Positions 19,324 through 28,100 of a stretch of 64,000 nt of DNA are shown here, one piece after another. Source of the stretch: Candidatus Poseidoniales archaeon. Its GTDB lineage: Archaea > Thermoplasmatota > Poseidoniia > Poseidoniales > Thalassarchaeaceae. Numbering within the stretch: the first letter of the stretch is position 1; each line of letters starts with the position of its first letter. Where the stretch lies: the NCBI GenBank assembly GCA_028821675.1, contig JAPKFG010000001.1, positions 7,890 to 71,889 on the forward strand, given 5' to 3'. Below the pieces are notes generated by a model that saw only the letters and a list, made by a program, of their open reading frames with translations, ran no database searches and had not been told where the DNA came from. The position numbers and the translations under genes are program-made.

Positions 19324-19908
19324 GTGGTGATGGAGCCACTTGCAGCATTCTTTATGGTTGCCGATTTTTCTCTGGCCGCCTTTTTCGTAGGCTTGTTTCA
19401 CTGGTTGTATCGTACAGAGAAAATTTCACTGGCCTATCTGTATGCGTTCTGGTTGGGCACATTCATTGGATCAACGTGGGAATTCACATTCCTATTCCTA
19501 GGTCCGGAATTCCTGCATGGTGCTGTGGAATGGCCATGGGGTTTGGATGGATGGCCACGCAAGATTTCGCATTCGATTTGGGATGGAGCCATCTTCATGT
19601 TCGGGATATACCTCTGTCATCGATGGTTGGGGGGTGAACTTTTCCAACGCTTTGATTCCAAGGAACTCGGGATTATGTTCGGTTGGGGAATATTTCAGGA
19701 ATTATTGGTTGAGTATCTGTTTAACGGCCGCGTTTGGATTTACGAACCGTTGTCATGGAATCCAGTCATCTTTCCAACCTTACCCGGATCTGCATCGATG
19801 TCACCGGGATACACATTGATTCCACAAGCTGTATGGGTAGTTGCGCCTGTCGTATTCTATGTCGGCTTCCTGTGGCTGGTCAAACGGTATCCAAATTCCG
19901 AACCATAG
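19324..19908 (+). CDS. polytopic membrane protein, unknown function, GPEFLH-motif family (paralog of 24139..24942)
   Basis: 194 aa with 5-6 hydrophobic helices. The conserved block LGTFIGSTWEFTFLFLGPEFLHG is shared with the ORF at 24139..24942. Confidence 0.5.
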   Translation: MVMEPLAAFFMVADFSLAAFFVGLFHWLYRTEKISLAYLYAFWLGTFIGSTWEFTFLFLGPEFLHGAVEWPWGLDGWPRKISHSIWDGAIFMFGIYLCHRWLGGELFQRFDSKELGIMFGWGIFQELLVEYLFNGRVWIYEPLSWNPVIFPTLPGSASMSPGYTLIPQAVWVVAPVVFYVGFLWLVKRYPNSEP

Positions 19909-19928
19909 GGTAGGGGCTGCGCAGCGCC

Positions 19929-20690
19929 TCAGTAACTCACTCGCTGAAGTTGCCTATCAATCGCTTCTTCCATGGAGAGCCTACCAACAGCAACAGCTTG
20001 GGCAAGGCCCTGGGAGATTGTCAACTGGCCTCCAGAAACCCGACGGCTCAACCGCTGCACTTCCTTGACCTCGCCAGGGGTGGGAACCACCGGTTGCTTG
20101 TGCGTGATGGGTGCGCCATCCATCTGGGCAATCTTGGTCGCTGAAGCATGATGCTGATTTCTCGGAAGGCCTCTCGAAGTACGTCGCTCATCTACACGCT
20201 CTACGCGCAACCCGCGCGCAAGGCAAACGTTGACCAAGCGATTGGAGATGGTGCGAGAACCATCGCCGATTCGAACGACCAAGGAGTTGTGACCAATCTC
20301 GTCAGACAGCACACAAATCCGATCCACAGCCGCATCAACGGATTCGAACTGAGCTGTACCGAGAACCCGACCGTCTCCCATCCACGCAAGGCCCGGACGT
20401 GGACCCGGGTCAATACCGAACGTCAAATCTCTGACAATACCACCCTTGGCAACGAATCTCAGCGCGCGATCAATGTCCGATTCGAGTGATTCGAGCGTTG
20501 CTCCGATTCCAAACGGGTCGGCAGCTGCTTCTACCTCTTCATGAGAGGCCAACCACACAGCCGTCGATGGAGGGAGGTCAGTTCCTTGCTCTAGATGAGC
20601 ACATCGAACTTGACGTGCTTTCAGGCTAGCCAACAAGCGATAGGCCAAACGGAAATCCGCTGTTCGAACAATGACCCTGCTCACGCTCAT
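19929..20690 (-). CDS. predicted RNase H-fold nuclease (RuvC/YqgF-like), DUF460-like
   Basis: Central motif LTFGIDPGPRPGLAWMGDG, like the GIDPG/GIDLG catalytic-Asp loop of RuvC/YqgF resolvase-like nucleases. 253 aa with flanking domains. Confidence 0.4.
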   Translation of the reverse strand: MSVSRVIVRTADFRLAYRLLASLKARQVRCAHLEQGTDLPPSTAVWLASHEEVEAAADPFGIGATLESLESDIDRALRFVAKGGIVRDLTFGIDPGPRPGLAWMGDGRVLGTAQFESVDAAVDRICVLSDEIGHNSLVVRIGDGSRTISNRLVNVCLARGLRVERVDERRTSRGLPRNQHHASATKIAQMDGAPITHKQPVVPTPGEVKEVQRLSRRVSGGQLTISQGLAQAVAVGRLSMEEAIDRQLQRVSY

Positions 20691-20818
20691 GGGTACCTCT
20701 GTAGATAGTCAAACCTTCGCATCACCCGGGACGAAATTCTCATTTTGTCGGGCAAATCGATTGTGAACGCGGGGGTTTAGCGAACACTGTAATAGCCGCG
20801 GAAGGGCCGGCTTCGTCG

Positions 20819-21451
20819 ATGGCCTCGTCTTACGAGCGCGAATTAAGGGCGGTATTAGCCGGTTCTCCAGCCGGTGTCCGGGCGGTTACACGTTCATGCA
20901 CAGAATTAGAACGAGCTCGCGCCATGCAAGTCATTCAGAGACCATTCTTGGTGGTTCGAGTGGCCGGCAGTGGGATGGATGGAAGTGGGGATATCATCGC
21001 CTTGCGAGGTGACCTCTGCTTTCCGATTGAAGTCAAAACTCGCGCCGATAAGAAGTTGTATTTCTCTGGACAGACGCAAGATCAACTTGCTTCGATGAAA
21101 GAAATCGGAGAGAAATGTGGCCTCATGCCATTGTATGCACATCGACTCAAAGGCGTACGTGGAGATTCTTGGCGGATATTTCGAATCGATACCTCAACCC
21201 TGACGGGGCGATTGGCCACACTTTCAAAGCGAATTCCAACATTACCCTTGACCCGCACAGGCAAACCGCATCTGGATTGGGACCAAGGGCTCCCATTGCA
21301 TCAATTTCTAGGGGTAGTCTGCCGAACCTCAGAAGAAAATGGACTGTCAAAACTCGTGGAAGATGCGCTATCCATCAAGATGGAGACGGAAACGGTCATC
21401 GAACCTGAACGTGAACCATTGCCGGCATGGATGGACAGATTTCGAGCCTAA
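20819..21451 (+). CDS. hjc: Holliday junction resolvase Hjc with internal insertion and C-terminal extension
   Basis: YERELRAVL...FLVVRVAGSGMDGSGDIIALRGDLCFPIEVKTRADKKLYF...LMPLYAHRL..WRIF aligns to Pyrococcus Hjc ([53 protein letters not shown]..WRFI). An extra block of about 30 aa follows the first helix, and there is an 80-aa C-terminal tail. Confidence 0.7.
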   Translation: MASSYERELRAVLAGSPAGVRAVTRSCTELERARAMQVIQRPFLVVRVAGSGMDGSGDIIALRGDLCFPIEVKTRADKKLYFSGQTQDQLASMKEIGEKCGLMPLYAHRLKGVRGDSWRIFRIDTSTLTGRLATLSKRIPTLPLTRTGKPHLDWDQGLPLHQFLGVVCRTSEENGLSKLVEDALSIKMETETVIEPEREPLPAWMDRFRA

Positions 21452-21675
21452 ACTTTCTCACCAGAAAGAAGCGCCTCAAGTCGGTCGATGGCCACACTTT
21501 GTCGACCCACATCGCGGCCCAGTCGCTCATAATCCGCCTGCTCAATCATGCGACGAATGGCATCTCTGTCACGTAGCAACGTGTTGACGCGGCGCTGAAT
21601 TCGTCGGGCCTCGTCAATGTCGACCATGCTGCTGAGAGGGGGGTTGTCGTCTTGAGTTCTCTCCCGATGCTTCAA
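21448..21675 (-). CDS. small hypothetical helical protein (75 aa); conflicts with the longest S2P start
   Basis: Charged amphipathic sequence DIDEARRIQRRVNTLLRDRDAIRRMIEQADYERLGRDV. It overlaps the first 24 nt of the S2P ORF only if S2P uses the most upstream start. Confidence 0.25.
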   Translation of the reverse strand: MKHRERTQDDNPPLSSMVDIDEARRIQRRVNTLLRDRDAIRRMIEQADYERLGRDVGRQSVAIDRLEALLSGEKV

Positions 21676-23196
21676 GAAGAAGCGGGGATAGGCCCGGTCG
21701 TGAGCGATACACGGCGTGGGCGCGACAAGCGCGCACTCATCCTGATTTTCATCAGTGCGTTTCTAGCTGTGCAAGTGCATTGGGGATTTGCTGCACTGTG
21801 TATATGGATTCTCATTCTTGGACAACTCGAGCGGCGAGGGGTCCTTGATCGATGGAATGCATCTCGCGTGATGGGTGGTCTGTTGATGCTGCGAACCAAG
21901 CGCGGCCAAGATACCATTGAGAAAGTGGCAACACCGCGCAAATTCTGGCGCTGGTATGGTGAGATTTCATTGTGGACCTGTTCCATTGTCATGGTCTTCA
22001 TCGTCCTGTTCCTGTTGTTATCGTTCTCCTTGGCCTTGTTCAAAGGCGTTCCCAACAATGATGCACCAGCAAGTCAACTAATTCCCTTTCCTGGGCTCAG
22101 TCCAATCATTCCATTCTGGTGGCCAGCCATCGCTTTCGTCGGGGCACTGGTGATTCACGAATTCGCGCACGCGCTACAAGCCCGCGCACACGGGATGCGC
22201 GTACGTTCAGTTGGCCTTCTTCTATTGGGTCCATTTCCAGCCGGAGCTTTTGTCGAACCTGAATACGACGAATTGACCAAGGCACCACGCAGAGAACGAG
22301 CACGACTGTTCGCTGCTGCACCTGCAACCAATCTCTATGCTGGATTCTTCACTTGGCTACTAATCTGTCTGCTAGCGACTCAATTTGCGGTCGTCGATCC
22401 CGGTGTTCACGCCAGTGGAATTGTGGAAGATTCTGCGGCAGCGGAGGCAGGGCTTGAGCCATGGGAAATAATCACCCATTTCAACGGCACTCAGGTGACT
22501 ACGGCCACCGAAATGTCGGACCAATTGGATGTACATTCTGCGGGTGAAACGGTGAATCTCATCGTTCTCAGTCATCCTGATGCGGACGGAGTGCGAGGCG
22601 AACGTGTCATCAGTGTAACTCTCACGAGCAAATTGGCTTATCTGGAATCACAAGGTTTGACAGAAGAAGAGATTGAATTGTTCGATGTCGATGAAAAGAG
22701 TGCCTTTCTCGGCGTCTCGGGAATGGATGATGGATTGAGTGGCATCGATCGATTGGCCGGGCCGATGGCGTGGGAACAGGATGTACCGTTCTACGTTGAT
22801 GCATTGGGTGTCGTCATACAGCCCATCGTCATTATTGACACACCCATTCAACACGAAGGTCAGATTATGGATCCCCACGAGATGGATTACATCGAAGCAG
22901 ATGGTTGGTTGGGAAATCTCCTGGGAACCACCATTCTGATAGCGCTCATCACGCTTCTCTTCTGGTTCATTTGGTGGAATGTCGGGTTGGGACTGGCGAA
23001 TCTAATTCCAATCATTCCATTTGACGGGGGGCATCTGATGAAGGATTTCCTCGGAGTTGTTGTCGGTGGGATTCATAGGTTTTCCAAGAATTCACATCCG
23101 CTCAAAACTGAAGCGATGGTTTCGAAGATTTCTTCGTTCAGCAGCCTGTTCCTGTTCATGGGACTGCTGATGATTATCATCGCCCAGCGCATCTGA
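21652..23196 (+). CDS. site-2 protease family (M50) intramembrane metalloprotease with PDZ domain
   Basis: HEFAHALQARAHG (HExxH in a TM helix), the LIPIIPFDGGH motif (LxPxxPxDGG), and a PDZ-like segment GIVEDSAAAEAGLEPWEIITHFNG. The start is uncertain. A downstream start near 21871 would give the usual short N-terminus and free the small minus ORF. Confidence 0.75.
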   Translation: MSSLPMLQEEAGIGPVVSDTRRGRDKRALILIFISAFLAVQVHWGFAALCIWILILGQLERRGVLDRWNASRVMGGLLMLRTKRGQDTIEKVATPRKFWRWYGEISLWTCSIVMVFIVLFLLLSFSLALFKGVPNNDAPASQLIPFPGLSPIIPFWWPAIAFVGALVIHEFAHALQARAHGMRVRSVGLLLLGPFPAGAFVEPEYDELTKAPRRERARLFAAAPATNLYAGFFTWLLICLLATQFAVVDPGVHASGIVEDSAAAEAGLEPWEIITHFNGTQVTTATEMSDQLDVHSAGETVNLIVLSHPDADGVRGERVISVTLTSKLAYLESQGLTEEEIELFDVDEKSAFLGVSGMDDGLSGIDRLAGPMAWEQDVPFYVDALGVVIQPIVIIDTPIQHEGQIMDPHEMDYIEADGWLGNLLGTTILIALITLLFWFIWWNVGLGLANLIPIIPFDGGHLMKDFLGVVVGGIHRFSKNSHPLKTEAMVSKISSFSSLFLFMGLLMIIIAQRI

Positions 23197-23197
23197 G

Positions 23198-24142
23198 TTA
23201 CTCTTCCTCAGAAAGTGCCTGCTCAACCTCTGGCGCAGTTTCCATTGTGTGGTTCGCTACACGTTCCCAAATTGCAGGAATCGCGAGTAGAATGAAGGCT
23301 GAAATAACCAATTTCGTCCATGTTGAACCCGGGACGAAATCACTGTTATCCGACAATCCCAGTTTGATTGAACCCACCCAAGGAATCTCGCCTCCAGCTA
23401 CACCTACTAGCCAATCATCGCGAACTGCACCAACCGCCTCCCCGTTTTCATCGGTCAATCCTCTCCAAGTGTGAGTGGTTTCTCCGACTGCAGCGTACTG
23501 ATCGACGTTGCATCCGTTGGTGGCAATATTATCGCCTGAAGTCAGGTAACCAGCATGACCGGGGTCCCAGTTGCTGACTGTCAAATTCTGCCCATTGTTG
23601 CACTGATAATCCAATTCAAGACTAATTGAAGTTGCATTGTTCACATTGGTGCCGGGCACACTCCATGTGAGTATGCAGGTTCCAGCCTGCCCATCGGCAT
23701 CGATTGATATGGGGTCCCAACTTCCGTCATTCCCAATGCAAGGATCTTCCGCACCACGCTCAGGTGTTGCAGTTTCATCGGCCACCGCACGCATGATCGC
23801 ACGGTGGATGACAGGTGTCATCGTGCCGCCATTCTTTCGGTAAATGATGACGTCACCGGGCATGCCGTGATTCTCGTAGCCTTCGTAGGGACCACCATCC
23901 TCAATCGCCTCAGCATAGGTGATGATGTTCTTGCGATCTTCTGACATGACGAGGACGAGATCGCCAGGGTCGATCGCGCCAACGTTTCCCTCATCCTCAT
24001 GCATCATCGAACCAGATTCGATGACGACCATGGGTGGCCATGAACCTGTCATCAGGACAAGGACGGCGATGAGGGTGGCAATGAGGCCACTGGCAAGCAA
24101 GGCTTCCCTCACCCAGGCCCAAGCCTCACCCATCGGCCTCAC
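23198..24142 (-). CDS. sec11: signal peptidase I, archaeal Sec11/S26B type, with glycosylated extracellular insert and C-terminal TM
   Basis: N-terminal TM, then VVIESGSMMHEDEGNVGAIDPGDLVLV (the SGSMxP...GD box of type I signal peptidases). A second TM lies near the C-terminus, with an EEE tail. Confidence 0.7.
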   Translation of the reverse strand: MRPMGEAWAWVREALLASGLIATLIAVLVLMTGSWPPMVVIESGSMMHEDEGNVGAIDPGDLVLVMSEDRKNIITYAEAIEDGGPYEGYENHGMPGDVIIYRKNGGTMTPVIHRAIMRAVADETATPERGAEDPCIGNDGSWDPISIDADGQAGTCILTWSVPGTNVNNATSISLELDYQCNNGQNLTVSNWDPGHAGYLTSGDNIATNGCNVDQYAAVGETTHTWRGLTDENGEAVGAVRDDWLVGVAGGEIPWVGSIKLGLSDNSDFVPGSTWTKLVISAFILLAIPAIWERVANHTMETAPEVEQALSEEE

Positions 24143-24942
24143 TCCTCTTCCATTCGAGTTTCCGTAGTTTCAGGTTCTGGACGTTCGCCCGGTGCAGGGA
24201 AGGACACCCAGAGTAGGAACATGGAAACTAGAAGCACAATCCAACCGGAAATGTCATCAAAATACGGTGCTGGGACTGAGTCGATTCGCTCGCCATTCAA
24301 CCAATCCCAAATGACTAGAGTGTTGACGCGCTCCTCGGCCGCATTGCGAACAATTCCAAACGACATGTTGCAAAGTTGGAGAATTGTCATTAAAAATCCA
24401 ACAAAACCAAGCGAACGATTCAACCAAGGTTCACGAAGAAATTCTACATCAAGCATTCGTGAAAAACGTGAATCTTCGGTTCGCCACCAATTGATGAGAA
24501 TATCTTCGGGCGCGCTCTCTAGATCTTCAATCAGTGTAACGCGACCTTTGGTGAGACCATGTTCGATGAAATGCGCTTTCAAGCGAGCGCTCCAAACGGA
24601 TCCTAGTAGGGTTGCGGCCTCTTCGGCTTCCTTACGTTGCCGACCCAATTCTGGGCGTGAAGAAGAATTCATAACTTCCATCAAGAAACTCCATTTTCCC
24701 TGATAATGAAGGAATTCAGGTCCTACAAAAATAAGAACGGTGAATCCGATGAATAAGCCAGCCCATGTTCCATCTGTGAGATGTGCCAAATCCGGATCTT
24801 GTGTACCCCCTAGGAAGAAGAAGTAGATGATTGCCCACATGACCATGCTGAATGAAAAAAATGAAACTGTTCCTAAGATAAACAAATGGCGATCTCTTTT
24901 GCTTTCCCACCAACGCTTGAGTGGGGTGAAAATTCCGTTCAT
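24139..24942 (-). CDS. polytopic membrane protein, unknown function, GPEFLH-motif family (paralog of 19324..19908)
   Basis: 267 aa. WAGLFIGFTVLIFVGPEFLHY matches the motif in 19324..19908. Its stop overlaps the signal peptidase start by 4 nt (ATGA-type coupling). The C-terminal tail is RMEEE. Confidence 0.5.
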   Translation of the reverse strand: MNGIFTPLKRWWESKRDRHLFILGTVSFFSFSMVMWAIIYFFFLGGTQDPDLAHLTDGTWAGLFIGFTVLIFVGPEFLHYQGKWSFLMEVMNSSSRPELGRQRKEAEEAATLLGSVWSARLKAHFIEHGLTKGRVTLIEDLESAPEDILINWWRTEDSRFSRMLDVEFLREPWLNRSLGFVGFLMTILQLCNMSFGIVRNAAEERVNTLVIWDWLNGERIDSVPAPYFDDISGWIVLLVSMFLLWVSFPAPGERPEPETTETRMEEE

Positions 24943-25059
24943 TCTGATTCAACATCCTGCCTGATACTACTTCAGGCCGAAATCTGCGAAACTATTGGCA
25001 CTGTTGAGTGTTCGCCTCCAACGGGCCCTAACGGGCCCGGAATAGATTGAAAGCCGAAG

Positions 25060-25092
25060 GTGCCGAGTGTCGGCATAGCCGACAGGGCGACG
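25060..25092. promoter_or_regulatory. palindromic GC-rich element upstream of second giant surface protein gene
   Basis: aaGGTGCCGAGTGTCGGCAtaGCCGACAgg contains the palindrome TGCCGA-GTG-TCGGCA. It shares GGTGCCG and GTGTCGGCA with the element at 7055-7109, and lies 15-48 nt upstream of the ATG at 25107. Confidence 0.35.
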
Positions 25093-25106
25093 GGAGCGAG
25101 GAATGT

Positions 25107-28100
25107 ATGCGAAAGGTGGCTATTTTTATCATCGCAGTATTGCTTTTTTCCTCTGCACTGCCATTTGCATCTGCGGTGACTGAGACTCAATATTCCGATG
25201 GAAGTTCGACTTTTACGCATGTCTTCAGCCAAACTGGAGATGCCGACACACCCGGTGTGACGTTGCCATACGGAGCCAATGTAGAAAATGTGGAGTTCGA
25301 AGTCGAAGGTTCGGCCTCCACGGTAACCTGGATGAATCGAACAACAGATGCTGATTTCGGGGGGCAAGGACAAACTGGTTCAGGCCAACAGAGTTGGTAC
25401 ATCAATCAAAACGGCTGGTACTACGGATATAAGCAGAATGTGAAAGTTGACAATAATCAAGTCGAACTTCGGCCAACGGACGATACCACATATTGGTCGA
25501 TGAGCAATCAGAACGATATGGCATCATCTACCGGTGGTAGCCTGAATACAACCGGGCAGTATTTCTCATCCGCCGAGGCGGGATTCAACGGAATCACCAA
25601 TACTAGCACAATGAGCACGAGCGGGGGGATCTGGGGCTACATGGGACCTGTCGTCAAGCAGGGCGATGAACTCCACGTGGTTCGCTACTTGAGTGTGTCA
25701 TCGTATGGTGGTTATCAACTGGGTTCAATCAACCGGTACAATGCAACCACAGGAGCCTCTCTTGGAACTGCAACTATCTCGTACAACAACTGTTCGAATC
25801 TCAATGTATACTACCTCACAGACGCGACTAGTGATGGCGAGGGCACGGTTTGGATGACTTCTTTCTATCAAAGTTTGAGCACCTATGCTGGGATTACGAA
25901 ATGGTCGGTGTCTTCCACCGCCAATGGTGTAACCTACACCTGTGATAGTTACTGGGCTACCTTGGAAGTTGGAGGCATATCCATCGACCCTGAAACCAAT
26001 GATATGTACGTAGTACAGCGTACTCGAGCCAGCAACCAATACGACATGGATCTATGGAGAGTGAGTCGCAGCCAACCAAATGTCGCATTGCAGACTTGGA
26101 GCCTAGGTACAATTTCGCCTTCAGGCAGTATGGGTATGGCTTCTTCTTACGTCAAACCCGCTGGACTGTCTGTACAAATGCCGCGAATCGCGGTCAATGT
26201 CTATTGCTACTACTACACATACACTTACTCTTACTGTGATGAAAATCGCTTGTCATGGGTAAACGTCTATCACCAGCGTTCCAATTGGCCTGAGTTGCAA
26301 GGTGAGATTCCCAGTCCCTACGCCATATTAGGCATGGAGAATATTGAGGGTCAATTGGCAGCCACTTGTTTCTACGGCTCAAGCACGGCCTACTGCCCAA
26401 GTCCAACCAGTCGAAAGATCTTGATGACAGGAGGCAGTGCTGCGGATTGGATGGGGACTCCTTCATCCAGCACCGCTACAATCACGTCAAGCATAGAAAC
26501 ACTGAATCGTCCACTCAGTGAATTGAGATTGGGATTGACGGCAACATGGGAACCGGCAGGGACCTCCATAGATTTTGAAATCACCAACGATGGGGGGACC
26601 ACTTGGAAGCGTGCCAACAGTGCGGGGCAGACAATCACATTCGCGAATGCGGGCACCCAATTGGCGTGGCGAGCGTGGCTGAATGGAACGGCCTCAGCGG
26701 CGCCACTGATTGATACGGTGGGGCTTACCTATACTGCAACATACGCGTCCACTGGTCAGTTCAGAATGTACAGTTCATCCACCGCTGCACATCCAGTTGC
26801 TGCTACCGTCTATTGGAATGCATCAACTCCAGGTGGAAGTTCAGTGGATGTCTACTTCAGAGACAGTTCATCTACCTGTACGAGTGGAACCAGAGTCAAT
26901 GTTCCAAGTTCAGGATCGACCGTTTCGTTCACCTCAACGTCCGGATATCTTTCAATTTGTTTTGATTTGGATGCGGGCACGAACAATCAGTATTCTCCTA
27001 TTCTCTACGATGTAAATATTGCAACCTATTCCAATGCGCCACGCGACGTCAAGATTGACATCGGGGGCGATGGATCATACGAGTGGGACTATGATGGCGT
27101 TTTGATTGGGACAACGACCGCACAGTCGTCGTCTAGCAGCGGTCAAAATATGGAGAATGCCTTCAACAATATCGTTCCACAAACTGGTTCAGGAACTATT
27201 GTTGTGCCTGTCAAGGTCCATTCGGCCTCTGCAGGTAAAGTCAAGATTACATCAATGAGCATAGAATACACGATGGTGACGGTCAATCTCGATATCAACT
27301 TTGATGAGAATATGGTTCTCCACGAACGAGGAGACCCCTATGAAATCGTCACAAGACACGTGATTGGTGACGAGGCGTTGAGTATCACCGATGCTGAACT
27401 GACGTTCCTCGCTTCGCCGAATTCAGATGCGCCCAAATTATCGTGGGCTCAAGATGGAACGCTGGTCGATGATGATCCCGAAGATTGGATTATCCCAGAT
27501 CAGAGTGCGACGTGGACGAATCTATCCAACGGTATCTTTGAGATTCATTGGATGTTCCGAGTGACTGACGATTTCCCCGAGCAAAACAATGTCGGATGGC
27601 GGGTTTCATGCACCGATGACAACGGATTCGCCCCTGCAACCCTTTCCACAGGTGCCACTGGCATTGTGGTCAACCAGTCGTATGGCCTGGGTTGGTTCAC
27701 CATCCATGATGTAGAAGGGGAAGTAATCAACGATAATGTGCAGAATGGTGATTGGGTCGTCGGTGGTGAAACCATTCACTTCCAAGGCCAAGTCTGGTTC
27801 GAGGGAACACAAGATGCACCCCTGAACTCAGTATTCGACATCAGAATCGCCCGCAAGGACAGTCAAGGTGATTTCATCTCTTCCACTTGGAAGGACAATT
27901 CAAATCCAAATGGAACATTCTTCATCTCAGTCGCTGTTCCAGACATGGATATTCCCGAAGGTGTGACATTCGAAGTACAGGCTTACAATGTTCGTGACCC
28001 GACCAAGGTCATGCCAACGGACGATTCATGGAGGCGAACGTTGCGAATCGATGATTCAACCCCCGAAATCATCGATTCTTGGCCTGCTGATGGTGACTAT

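Noticed and set aside
21672-22058. 128-aa minus-strand ORF
   Set aside because: It is antisense to the S2P gene body (HExxH region) and has an Arg/Ser/Pro-rich antisense composition.
24972-25373. 133-aa minus-strand ORF, and the 25047 long-form start of giant gene 2
   Set aside because: The minus ORF is antisense to the signal-peptide region. The long form would place 20 charged residues before the signal peptide. The ATG at 25107 with GAGG upstream is preferred.
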